Shown one piece after another: positions 1 to 8,810 of a stretch of DNA of 32,298 nt (position 1 is its first letter; the number at the start of each line of letters is the position of its first letter). The DNA lies in contig DAMAVY010000002.1 of NCBI GenBank assembly GCA_032077725.1, positions 1 to 32,298 on the forward strand. The letters run 5' to 3'. The DNA comes from Clostridium sp. (GTDB lineage Bacteria; Bacillota; Clostridia; Clostridiales; Clostridiaceae). The position numbers and the translations under genes were made by a program. The notes beneath the pieces were generated by a model. That model did not search any database. It was not told the origin of the DNA and saw nothing but the letters and a program-made list of their open reading frames with translations.

Positions 1-212
1 TTAATAAGTCTATGGAAGCGGACCTTCGAAGCATTATTGATTTTACAAGATATGAGGCAGATGCTGATGTACTTAGAGTAGCCACTAATATTAGAAGATA
101 TCATAGAAATATATGGAAAGAAGTAAAAGATAATTGGCCAGAAACACTTAAAGAGGCAGAGATATCTGTTGAAGTAAATAATTATATAAGGACAATTGGA
201 GTTTCCAATTAA
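1..212 (+). CDS. Ger(x)C family spore germination lipoprotein, C-terminal fragment (5' end outside window)
   Basis: Frame is open from the window edge. IRRYHRNIWKEVKDNWPETLKEAEISVEVNNYIRTIG resembles the GerAC/KC C-terminal signature; lies next to spoIIR. Confidence 0.7.
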   Translation, partial: NKSMEADLRSIIDFTRYEADADVLRVATNIRRYHRNIWKEVKDNWPETLKEAEISVEVNNYIRTIGVSN

Positions 213-229
213 AAAATAAATATAAAAGT

Positions 230-258
230 GAATATAACTTGTCCAAGTGGTAACAATT
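230..258 (+). promoter_or_regulatory. possible sigmaF-type promoter of spoIIR
   Basis: GAATA-N14-GGTAACAATT resembles GYWTA-N15-GGnrAnAnT; spoIIR is sigmaF-dependent in spore formers. Confidence 0.35.
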
Positions 259-297
259 AAGATATGATTCGATTTTAAGTTTTAGGAGGAAGAAAGA

Positions 298-1122
298 ATG
301 AAGAAATTTATATCTATAGTTGTTACCATGTTTGTTGTATTAGCTCTTTTGGTTGAAATGGGGGGAGCTGAAGCTATTAGTGGGAATGATACTATAACTA
401 AAGAAAGTGAAGTTTCTGTAGAAGACATTTCAAGTAAATTAATTAGATTTCATGTGATAGCAAATAGTGATAATGAAAAGGACCAAGCTCTAAAGCTTAA
501 GGTAAGAGATCAGGTATTAGAATACATACAACCGCTATTGAAAGATAGTGACAGTATTCAGGAGTCAAGAGAAATATTAAAGAGAGAAAATGAAAAAATT
601 CTTCAAATAGCCACACAGGTTATAGCTGATAATGGATATAATTATTCAGTAGAATCCACCTTAGATAAAGAATACTTTCCTATTAAAACTTATGGTAATA
701 TAACACTGCCTCAAGGAGAGTATGAAGCTTATAGAATAATAATTGGTAATGGAGAGGGCCAGAATTGGTGGTGTGTTATGTTTCCACCTATATGTTTTGT
801 AGATATAACTAGAGGTGAAGTAGCCTATGAAGAGACTGAGAAAGAAATGAAAAGAGTTCTAGATGATAAGGAATTTAATATGGTTGATAATACTTCAAGT
901 GATGGATCAAATAATGGAGTAGAGTCTAATATTAAAGATTCTGATAAAGATGAGAAGTCTACACGAGAAGACAGTGAAAAAAACAATAAAGAAAATAGTG
1001 AAGAAAACAATAAAAATAAAGAAAATATAGATGATAGCAGTAATATAGTTGATAATAGTGAAGATAATAATATTGTTATTGAGTTTAAAATTGTAGATAT
1101 AATAAAAAATCTATTTGAATAA
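298..1122 (+). CDS. spoIIR: stage II sporulation protein R
   Basis: Signal peptide, LIRFHVIANSD..DQALKLKVRD and NWWCVMFPPICF motifs; SD AGGAGG. Confidence 0.95.
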   Translation: MKKFISIVVTMFVVLALLVEMGGAEAISGNDTITKESEVSVEDISSKLIRFHVIANSDNEKDQALKLKVRDQVLEYIQPLLKDSDSIQESREILKRENEKILQIATQVIADNGYNYSVESTLDKEYFPIKTYGNITLPQGEYEAYRIIIGNGEGQNWWCVMFPPICFVDITRGEVAYEETEKEMKRVLDDKEFNMVDNTSSDGSNNGVESNIKDSDKDEKSTREDSEKNNKENSEENNKNKENIDDSSNIVDNSEDNNIVIEFKIVDIIKNLFE

Positions 1123-1134
1123 TATTGAATATAG

Positions 1135-1191
1135 TAGTGAACACGGATAAAATATAAAGGTATAGTTTATTTATGTTCACTATTTATTTTT
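1135..1191 (+). terminator. long imperfect hairpin plus U-rich tail after spoIIR
   Basis: TAGTGAACA...TGTTCACTA closes an extended stem, followed by TTTATTTTT. Confidence 0.5.
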
Positions 1192-1240
1192 GAAAAGAAT
1201 ATATTAAACTGAGGATGAAATTAAAGTTAGGAGTGTTAAT

Positions 1241-2263
1241 ATGAAAAATGTAGCAATATTATTTGGTGGTAAGTCAACAGAACATGAGGTATCTAGATCA
1301 TCGGCGACTTCTGTTTTAAATCATATAGATAAAAGTAAGTATAACATATTTCCAATAGGGATTACTAAAGAGGGAAAGTGGTTTCAATATAAAGGGGATT
1401 TTGAAAATATAAGTAATGGTAGTTGGGAAAAAGATATAAACAATAAAATAGCAGATGGAATAAATATACTTTTAAATAAAGAGGTAGATGTAGTATTTCC
1501 TGTATTACATGGTATGTATGGAGAAGATGGCACTATGCAGGGACTATGTAAGTTATTAAATTTGCCATGCGTAGGACCTTCAGTAATGAGTTCTGCTGTA
1601 TGCATGGATAAAATTTACACAAAATATCTTCTTGAACATGAGGGAATAAAGCAAGCACCTTATGTTGTAGTAAATGCTTTTGATTATGGTATTAAACCAG
1701 AAGAATTTATAAGTAAAATTGAAGAAAACCTTGGATATCCTTGCTTTGTAAAACCTGCAAATAGTGGCTCATCTGTTGGAATAACAAAGGCTCAAAATAG
1801 AGAAAGTCTTAAAGCTGGGCTTGTTGAAGCTTTAAAGCATGATAGAAAAATTCTTGTAGAAGAAGGCCTTAATGCTAGAGAAATCGAAGTTGCAGTACTT
1901 GGTAATGATGATCCTAAAGCTTCAGTACCAGGAGAAATAATTCCTGCTAAAGAGTTTTATGATTATGAAGCAAAATATGAAGATGCAGCATCTAAGCTTA
2001 TGATTCCAGCAGCTTTAAGTGAAAAAGAAATGGCAAACATAAGAGAACTCTCAATTAGAATTTATAAAAAATTAGATTGCGCAGGTATGGCTAGAGTTGA
2101 TTTCTTAGTGGATAAGGAAAACGGAGAAGTATATTTAAATGAAGTAAATACTATTCCAGGCTTTACAAGTATAAGTATGTATCCTAAGATGTGGGAAGCC
2201 ACAGGACTTCCATATGGTGAGTTAATTGATGAATTAATAAGACTAGCAATAGAGAGAGGATAA
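1241..2263 (+). CDS. ddl: D-alanine--D-alanine ligase
   Basis: FGGKSTEHEVS, FPVLHGMYGEDG, KPANSGSSVG, FYDYEAKY and NEVNTIPGFT motifs. Confidence 0.95.
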   Translation: MKNVAILFGGKSTEHEVSRSSATSVLNHIDKSKYNIFPIGITKEGKWFQYKGDFENISNGSWEKDINNKIADGINILLNKEVDVVFPVLHGMYGEDGTMQGLCKLLNLPCVGPSVMSSAVCMDKIYTKYLLEHEGIKQAPYVVVNAFDYGIKPEEFISKIEENLGYPCFVKPANSGSSVGITKAQNRESLKAGLVEALKHDRKILVEEGLNAREIEVAVLGNDDPKASVPGEIIPAKEFYDYEAKYEDAASKLMIPAALSEKEMANIRELSIRIYKKLDCAGMARVDFLVDKENGEVYLNEVNTIPGFTSISMYPKMWEATGLPYGELIDELIRLAIERG

Positions 2264-2435
2264 TAGGTTAAATTTGAATTGCCTATTAATTTCAAGTTGC
2301 TACCAAGATAATTAAAAGGTAAAATGGGAATATATTTATGTTTAAGATAGTTTATTTAAACTTAAGAGAATAAATTGAGTACACTATAGATTAAAATAAA
2401 AACAAACAATACTAAAAGTTAGGTGGAGAAAGATT

Positions 2436-3416
2436 ATGACAAGAGCGTTAGCCATGGTTTCAGGAGGACTCGATAGTATTCTTGCAGCAAAACTAGTTAA
2501 AGATCAAGGGATTGAGGTTATAGGAATATGCTTTAAATCGTATTTCTTTGATGAAAAAAATGCGAAAAGAATGGTAGAACAAATAGATATTCCTTTAGAA
2601 GTTGTAGATTTTAAAGAAGAACATTTTGAAATGGTTAAAAACCCTAAGCATGGTTACGGAAAAAATATTAATCCTTGTATTGATTGCCATGCTATGATGA
2701 TGAGGTATTGTGGAGAGCTTTTAGAAAAGTTTAATGCAGATTTTATAATCACTGGGGAAGTTTTAAATCAGAGACCTATGTCTCAAAATAGAAGTGCCTT
2801 AGATGTGGTTAAAAATGAAAGTGGAATTGGAAAGAAAATACTTCGACCTCTTTGCGCTAAAAATCTTATTCCAACAGAGATGGAGGAAAATGGACTTATA
2901 GATAGAGAAAAACTTTTAGATATTCAAGGCAGAACAAGAAAAGTTCAAATGGAACTTGCCGAGGCTTGGGGAATAATAGATTACCCATCACCAGCAGGTG
3001 GATGTAAACTAACTGAACCAAATTACTCGGTTAGACTTAAAGAGCTTTTATCTCATAAGCCAGATCCAGAAGAAAGAGAACTTAATATGCTTAAAGTTGG
3101 ACGTCACTTTAGGGTTACTCCAAATTCTAAGATTATTTCTACAAGAACTCAAGACGAGGGAGAAATAATTAAAGGACTAATTGGAAATGACGATACAATA
3201 TTATTAGTTGAAGATTTTAACGGATCTATGGTGGTAATTGTTGGAGAAGCTACTAAAGAAGTAATCGCTATAGCTGCTAAAATCGCAATAAGATATAGCA
3301 AGGCTAAGGATGAACCAAAGGCTACTGTGAAATATTCAACTTTTGGAAAAAAAGAACGCAATATTATAGAAGAAACTTCTGCAACTGAAGATGAATTAAA
3401 TACTTATATTATATAG
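2436..3416 (+). CDS. PP-loop tRNA thiolation/modification enzyme (ThiI/MnmA-like, no THUMP domain)
   Basis: SGGLDS PP-loop, NPCIDC, TGEVLNQRPMSQ and YPSPAGGC motifs. Confidence 0.75.
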   Translation: MTRALAMVSGGLDSILAAKLVKDQGIEVIGICFKSYFFDEKNAKRMVEQIDIPLEVVDFKEEHFEMVKNPKHGYGKNINPCIDCHAMMMRYCGELLEKFNADFIITGEVLNQRPMSQNRSALDVVKNESGIGKKILRPLCAKNLIPTEMEENGLIDREKLLDIQGRTRKVQMELAEAWGIIDYPSPAGGCKLTEPNYSVRLKELLSHKPDPEERELNMLKVGRHFRVTPNSKIISTRTQDEGEIIKGLIGNDDTILLVEDFNGSMVVIVGEATKEVIAIAAKIAIRYSKAKDEPKATVKYSTFGKKERNIIEETSATEDELNTYII

Positions 3417-3472
3417 GGATTAGAACGACTAGGTATCAGGCGAATATTTTAGGTGGAATAGAGGTAAGTGAT

Positions 3473-3892
3473 ATGGAAAAGGATGCTGTAATTAGAGTAA
3501 GTAGCATGCAAAATAATGATGAAGAAGAACGGATAGAAATTGTTAGTCCAGGATTATTTTTAAAGGAAGAAAATGAATATGTTGCTACCTACGAAGAAAC
3601 AGAACTTTCAGGTATGGGAGATACATTAACTACTTTGAGAATAGGAAAAGACTCTTTTAATCTTATTAGAGAAGGCGATGTAAACACTAATATGGAGTTT
3701 AAACATGGAAGTAGTTCTTCTATTCTTTATAATACTCCCCACGGTGGAATTGCTATTAAAATCAAAACGAATAAGGTGAACATAGATGTAAATGATAATG
3801 GTGGAAAAATCAATGTGGATTATGATGTAATAATAGCTGCTGATCATATTATTAATACAAAACTTGAGGCAGTTATAGATGTAAAACAGTAA
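3473..3892 (+). CDS. DUF1934 (YwiB-like) beta-barrel protein
   Basis: YEETELSGM..TLTTLRI and YNTPHG motifs; size and position upstream of rho fit. Confidence 0.8.
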   Translation: MEKDAVIRVSSMQNNDEEERIEIVSPGLFLKEENEYVATYEETELSGMGDTLTTLRIGKDSFNLIREGDVNTNMEFKHGSSSSILYNTPHGGIAIKIKTNKVNIDVNDNGGKINVDYDVIIAADHIINTKLEAVIDVKQ

Positions 3893-3986
3893 AAACATAA
3901 ATGTTTCACTTGTAAAAGATGAGGAAACAAAAACCATACGCCAAGTTATTGTAAAAAATTAATCATAAGAGAACTATAAATTACTT

Positions 3987-4021
3987 AAAGCTATGCAAAA
4001 ATTATAAATGCATAGCTTTTT
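3987..4021 (+). terminator. intrinsic terminator after DUF1934 gene
   Basis: AAAGCTATGCA-N11-TGCATAGCTTT followed by further T's. Confidence 0.7.
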
Positions 4022-4033
4022 AAGTGACACTCT

Positions 4034-4210
4034 AAATCTTTGATTTAGTTAGTGGAACTTACTCCACCGAACGTATGTGAGGCGGAGTATCATTGAGAGC
4101 GGAGCGAAAAAGGAAATCTTTGATTTAGTTAGTGGAACTTACTACACCGAACGTATGTGAGGCGGAGTTTCATCTCGAGCAAAGCGAGAAAAAGAAATCT
4201 TTGATTTAGT
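4034..4210. repeat. intergenic tandem repeat, about 2.2 copies of an 80-81 bp hairpin-rich unit
   Basis: Units start at 4034, 4114 and 4195 (AAATCTTTGATTTAGT); the first 55 nt of units 1 and 2 differ at one position. Confidence 0.9.
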
Positions 4211-4333
4211 AAGCTGAATTTATTGGCTTAATACAGTAAGAAGAAGTTCATTTTAAAAATGCATGTGAGATGGATGTCCCTTAAAAAACATCTAAGAGTA
4301 AGAAATCATTAAATGAAAAAAGGGGGAATAATT

Positions 4334-5275
4334 TTGTATAGTTTTGAAGATATAATTGGGAATAGTGAAGAAATTCAAAAGGTTAGAGAATTAGGAATGA
4401 AAGTATGCAATTCCCAATCTCCGATTTTTATTTATGGAGCCTCGGGAACAGGTAAGGAACTTATAGTACAGGCTATACATAATAGTTCAAAAAGAAGAAA
4501 GAAACCTTTTATTGCTCAAAATTGTGCTGCTATTCCAGAGCATTTGTTTGAAAGCACATTTTTTGGAGTGGGGAAAGGTGGATTTACTGGGGCTATAGAA
4601 ACAAAAGGGCTGTTTGAAGTGGTAAATGGAGGAACTTTGTATTTAGATGAACTGAATTCCATGGATATTAAGTTTCAAAGTAAATTTTTGCGTGTGCTTC
4701 AAGAGGGAGAATATAGACGAGTTGGAGAAGTAGCTACTAGGAAAACAGATTTAAGAATAATAGCATCAGTGAATGAAGAACCAGATTTTTTGGTTAAAAG
4801 TAATATATTGAGAAAAGATTTATATTTTCGCCTTAATGTCATAAGAATTAACATGCCGGAATTAACTTCTCGTAGAGAAGATATACCAGAGCTTATAACA
4901 AATTTTATTAAGAAGCATAATAAAAGAATAGGAACCCATGTTAAGGGCATAACCGATGAGGCGCTTGAAATGTTGATGAAGAAAAACTATGAAGGTAATG
5001 TAAGAGAACTTGAAAATATTATTGAGGGAGCTTTGAATTATAAAAGAGAAGGTATTATTGAGGTGGATAATTTGGATTTAGATAATGCCTTAGAAAACAA
5101 ATCATTAGTGGAAAAATTAGAAGCTATGGAAATAAAATATATAAAAGAGGCAATGATAATTTTTAATAATAATGTTAGTAAGGCAAGTAAATTTCTTGGG
5201 ATACCTAGACAGACTCTTCAATATAAGATATCAAAATACAACTTAGCTAATATTTCTATAGGTAAAAAAGATTAA
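4334..5275 (+). CDS. sigma54-dependent (NtrC/RocR-like) activator: AAA+ domain plus Fis HTH, no N-terminal sensor domain
   Basis: GASGTGKE Walker A, NCAAIP, GGFTGA loop, LYLDE Walker B, DLYFRL, GNVRELEN, C-terminal ASKFLGIPRQTLQYK HTH. TTG start at 4334 follows SD AGGGGGA (alternative ATG at 4313). Confidence 0.9.
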   Translation: MYSFEDIIGNSEEIQKVRELGMKVCNSQSPIFIYGASGTGKELIVQAIHNSSKRRKKPFIAQNCAAIPEHLFESTFFGVGKGGFTGAIETKGLFEVVNGGTLYLDELNSMDIKFQSKFLRVLQEGEYRRVGEVATRKTDLRIIASVNEEPDFLVKSNILRKDLYFRLNVIRINMPELTSRREDIPELITNFIKKHNKRIGTHVKGITDEALEMLMKKNYEGNVRELENIIEGALNYKREGIIEVDNLDLDNALENKSLVEKLEAMEIKYIKEAMIIFNNNVSKASKFLGIPRQTLQYKISKYNLANISIGKKD

Positions 5276-5897
5276 TATAAGTAACTAAAATGCTGAAAAT
5301 ATCAATATTGTATAAGAATTTTAATTTGTGGATAATATACTAAATGGTGTATTTAATTTGCATTTCATTTCATGTCATATGTAAGCTATAATAGCGGTAA
5401 TTCATATGGAGTCAAAATTCATATCTTAAAATATTTAACCTTAATATTAAATTTTATGTATAAGTTTCTCATGGAGTTATCTATCAAATAAACCCAATTA
5501 AAAGCTCAATTAAATATTTTTACTTTCACATAGATTTTTAAAAATTATGGTGTATACTTATATAGTATACTGAAGATTTTTATGTAAGATGGAATCATTA
5601 ATAAATCAATATAGTTATACTTTTGTATAATGTGAATGAAACTAAATTTGAAATACACTCCCATTAATCATATGATGGGTTATATAATCTTAAAAGTGTA
5701 TTTAAAATAAATGTTTAAATTATTGGCTCATTTAGTATAAATCAAATTAGGCTACATATCTAAATTAACTTTCCAAATATGTTTTTCCAAATTTATTATA
5801 AGATAAAATATATATAAATTAAGAAGATTATAATTTGAAATTTTCCTTGCATAATTGCAAGATTAGATAAAATACATATATATTAGGAGGTGATCCT

Positions 5898-7478
5898 TTG
5901 AATAATGAAAATTTATATAGCATGAGTGTTATAGAATTGAAAGGTATTGCGAAGGAATTAGGAATAAAAAATATTGCAAAATATAAGAAAAGTGAATTAA
6001 TTGAAGAGATTAAAAGGGTCTCACCAGCATCTATTGAGATGCAAAAGGATAAAGATGAAAAGGATGATATAAAATTAAATGAAGTACAGCCAGCGCAAAT
6101 TGAAAAGGCAGGCATGACGCTTAAAGAAAGAATTGCAAAGAGAAAAAGTGAAATATCAGATGCTTGTATTGAAGAAAATAATGTAATTAAAATAAATAAA
6201 AATATAGAGACAGAGAATAGTATATTTAATGAAGCTTTTAGTAACGATGTAGACAAAGAAGAAGAAGAAAATAATAATATGTCTATGGAAGATAAATTCG
6301 ATGCTATAGAAGAAAAGCGTGAGAGGTTAAAGAGTTTAATAAATGAATCTGAAACTTCTAAGGGAATATTTGAGTTAAGTGATAACGCGAATTTTGGATT
6401 ACTTAGAATGAATAATTACTTAAGCAGTAATGATGACATATATGTTTCAATATCTCAAGTTAGAAGATTTAATCTCAGGACTGGTGATGAAGTAGAAGGT
6501 AAAGTAAGGATGTCTAAGGAAGGAGAAAAATATAAAGCCCTTCTTCAGGTTACAAGAATTAATGGGGAAAACCCAGAAAAAGCTGTAAGAAGAGTTCCTT
6601 TTGAAAAATTAACTCCTATATATCCTACTGAAATGTTAAAACTTGAAACTGAAGATTCTAGTGATTTATCAACAAGACTAATGGATATAATATCACCTAT
6701 TGGAAAAGGTCAAAGAGGAATGATAGTTGCTCCGCCTAAAGCTGGAAAGACATCTATTCTAAAGAAAATTGCTCATAGCATAGCAACAAACCACCCAGAA
6801 GTTAAAGTTATAGTTCTTCTTATTGATGAAAGACCTGAGGAAGTTACCGACATGCAAAGATCTATAATAGGAGATGTTGTTTACTCCACCTTTGATGAAG
6901 AACCAGAGCACCATGCAAAGGTTGCTTCCATGGTTCTTGAAAGAGCAAAAAGAATGGTTGAACAGGGTCAAGATGTTATAATTCTTTTAGATAGTTTAAC
7001 AAGACTTGCAAGAGCTTATAATTTAACAATAACAAGAACAGGTAGAACTTTATCAGGTGGGCTAGATACTGGAGCTTTAATTATGCCTAAAAAATTCTTT
7101 GGAGCAGCAAGAAATGTTGAAGAAGGCGGAAGTTTAACTATTCTTGCCACTACACTAGTTGATACTGGTAGTAGAATGGATGATATGATTTTTGAGGAGT
7201 TTAAGGGAACTGGTAATATGGAAGTTCATCTAGATAGACAGCTACAGGAGAGAAGAATATTCCCTGCAATAGATATTTATAAGTCAGGAACTCGTAGAGA
7301 AGATTTACTTCTTACAAAGGAACAGCTTGAAGTAAGCTATAGCATAAGAAAAACTATGTATAGAACAGGAAACACTCAAGCCGTTACAGAAAAACTACTA
7401 GGAGTATTATCTAGAACCGAAAGTAATGAAGAGTTCTTTGACATATTAACTAAGAATCAGGACTTATTGAATAAATAA
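5898..7478 (+). CDS. rho: transcription termination factor Rho with N-terminal insertion
   Basis: [42 protein letters not shown] and RRIFPAID motifs; TTG start after AGGAGGTGA. Confidence 0.97.
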   Translation: MNNENLYSMSVIELKGIAKELGIKNIAKYKKSELIEEIKRVSPASIEMQKDKDEKDDIKLNEVQPAQIEKAGMTLKERIAKRKSEISDACIEENNVIKINKNIETENSIFNEAFSNDVDKEEEENNNMSMEDKFDAIEEKRERLKSLINESETSKGIFELSDNANFGLLRMNNYLSSNDDIYVSISQVRRFNLRTGDEVEGKVRMSKEGEKYKALLQVTRINGENPEKAVRRVPFEKLTPIYPTEMLKLETEDSSDLSTRLMDIISPIGKGQRGMIVAPPKAGKTSILKKIAHSIATNHPEVKVIVLLIDERPEEVTDMQRSIIGDVVYSTFDEEPEHHAKVASMVLERAKRMVEQGQDVIILLDSLTRLARAYNLTITRTGRTLSGGLDTGALIMPKKFFGAARNVEEGGSLTILATTLVDTGSRMDDMIFEEFKGTGNMEVHLDRQLQERRIFPAIDIYKSGTRREDLLLTKEQLEVSYSIRKTMYRTGNTQAVTEKLLGVLSRTESNEEFFDILTKNQDLLNK

Positions 7479-7534
7479 ATTTATTCAAATTAAAATAAAC
7501 ATATATATGACTTGGATATTTTTACGGGTTAGGA

Positions 7535-7574
7535 TAATAGTAAAGGGGCTGACAATCAGCCCCTTTTACTATTA
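7535..7574. terminator. bidirectional intrinsic terminator downstream of rho
   Basis: TAATAGTAAAGGGGCTGA-CAA-TCAGCCCCTTTTACTATTA between convergent rho and rpmE. Confidence 0.85.
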
Positions 7575-7592
7575 ATCAATATTTATAAAAAC

Positions 7593-7621
7593 AAAAAAAT
7601 AGGAGAAGTAAACTTCTCCTA
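7593..7621 (-). terminator. intrinsic terminator of rpmE
   Basis: TAGGAGAAGT-AA-ACTTCTCCTA preceded on + by an A7 tract (U tract on minus strand). Confidence 0.8.
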
Positions 7622-7638
7622 CATAAAAATATATATGA

Positions 7639-7848
7639 TTATTCGCTCTTAAGGTTGAATTTTTTCATGAATTTGTCAACTCTTCCGCCAACATCAACAT
7701 TCTTTTGCTTACCTGTGAAGAATGGATGACATTTTGAACAAATATCAACTTTTAATTCTGATTTAACAGAACCTGTTACAAAAGTATTTCCACATGCACA
7801 TTTAACAACAGCTTCGTCGTTATAGTTTGGATGTATTCCTTCTTGCAT
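7639..7848 (-). CDS. rpmE: 50S ribosomal protein L31, zinc-binding type
   Basis: [35 protein letters not shown]. Confidence 0.97.
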   Translation of the reverse strand: MQEGIHPNYNDEAVVKCACGNTFVTGSVKSELKVDICSKCHPFFTGKQKNVDVGGRVDKFMKKFNLKSE

Positions 7849-7900
7849 TTCATTTCACCTCTTTCGATATAACATATATACCCGTATTATCAACTATTAG

Positions 7901-7929
7901 ATTATAGCATAGAGATATTATAAGGTCAA
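7901..7929 (-). promoter_or_regulatory. sigmaA promoter of rpmE
   Basis: Minus strand TTGACC-N17-TATAAT with extended -10 (TGcTATAAT). Confidence 0.8.
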
Positions 7930-8060
7930 CATGATTCTTTATTCTTATAATATAATTCTTTGATATAAATTATTTGCATTAGAAGTATTAATAATTTAAC
8001 TTAATGGGTTTATTTTAAAAAATTCACATAAATTTATTACCCTGGACTTATAACATTAAT

Positions 8061-8089
8061 TTGATTAATGGAGTTTATTCTACTAAAAT
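8061..8089 (+). promoter_or_regulatory. probable sigmaA promoter of tdk operon
   Basis: TTGATT-N17-TAAAAT. Confidence 0.5.
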
Positions 8090-8135
8090 AATATTATATA
8101 ATTAATTAATCGATAAGTTTTGGAGGAATATTACT

Positions 8136-8738
8136 ATGAGTAAGCTATATTTTAGATATGGAGCAATGAACTGTGGAAAGTCGACGAACCTTCTTCAGGT
8201 GGCTTATAATTATGAAGAAAGGGGTATGAAGGTAATAGTAATAAAGCCAAAAACAGATACAAAGGGTGGAAATAAGATTATATCTAGGCTTGGAGTTACA
8301 AAAGAAGTTGATTTAAGCTTTGATAAAAGGGAAAATATATTTACCTCAATAGAAGCTTTTATTAAAGTAAATGGAAATATTCATTGTATTTTAGCTGATG
8401 AAGCTCAATTTTTTACAAAGGAGCAAATTGATCAGTTGTTTATAGTAGCAGTGAAACTAGATATACCAGTAATATGTTATGGCTTAAGAACGGACTTTCA
8501 AATGGAAGGATTTGAAGGTAGCGAGAGGCTTTTATTATTAGCACATAGTTTAGAAGAACTTAAAACAATTTGTATGTGTGGAAAAAAAGCTTTATTAAAT
8601 GGAAGAAAGATTAATGGAAAATTTGTTTTTGAAGGTGACCAAATCGCCATTGATAAGGAAGATAATGTGGAATATGAATCACTTTGCCCACAATGCTACT
8701 TTAAGTATAAAGAAAAGTCATTAAAGGATGGATACTAA
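8136..8738 (+). CDS. tdk: thymidine kinase
   Basis: YGAMNCGKST, DEAQF, YGLRTDF motifs and C-terminal Zn-binding cysteines. Confidence 0.95.
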   Translation: MSKLYFRYGAMNCGKSTNLLQVAYNYEERGMKVIVIKPKTDTKGGNKIISRLGVTKEVDLSFDKRENIFTSIEAFIKVNGNIHCILADEAQFFTKEQIDQLFIVAVKLDIPVICYGLRTDFQMEGFEGSERLLLLAHSLEELKTICMCGKKALLNGRKINGKFVFEGDQIAIDKEDNVEYESLCPQCYFKYKEKSLKDGY

Positions 8739-8810
8739 AATATTTAATTATGGGTATATGAAAGTTTTATTATAAAGTATAAACTATAAGGTGGAAGGTA
8801 GGTGTTTAGT

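Noticed and set aside
1241..2263. Vancomycin-resistance D-Ala-D-Lac ligase
   Set aside because: The omega loop has YDYEAKY (Tyr type) and there are no vanH/X/R/S neighbours; housekeeping ddl.
4034..4210. CRISPR array
   Set aside because: The conserved part is about 55 nt, the intervening ~25-nt segments are homologous to each other, there are only about 2 units, and no cas genes are present.
5385..5480. Purine riboswitch (TATAAT..ATATGG..GTTTCT-like words)
   Set aside because: P2/P3 stems do not pair, spacing is wrong, and there is no CCGTAAA/GACTA segment.
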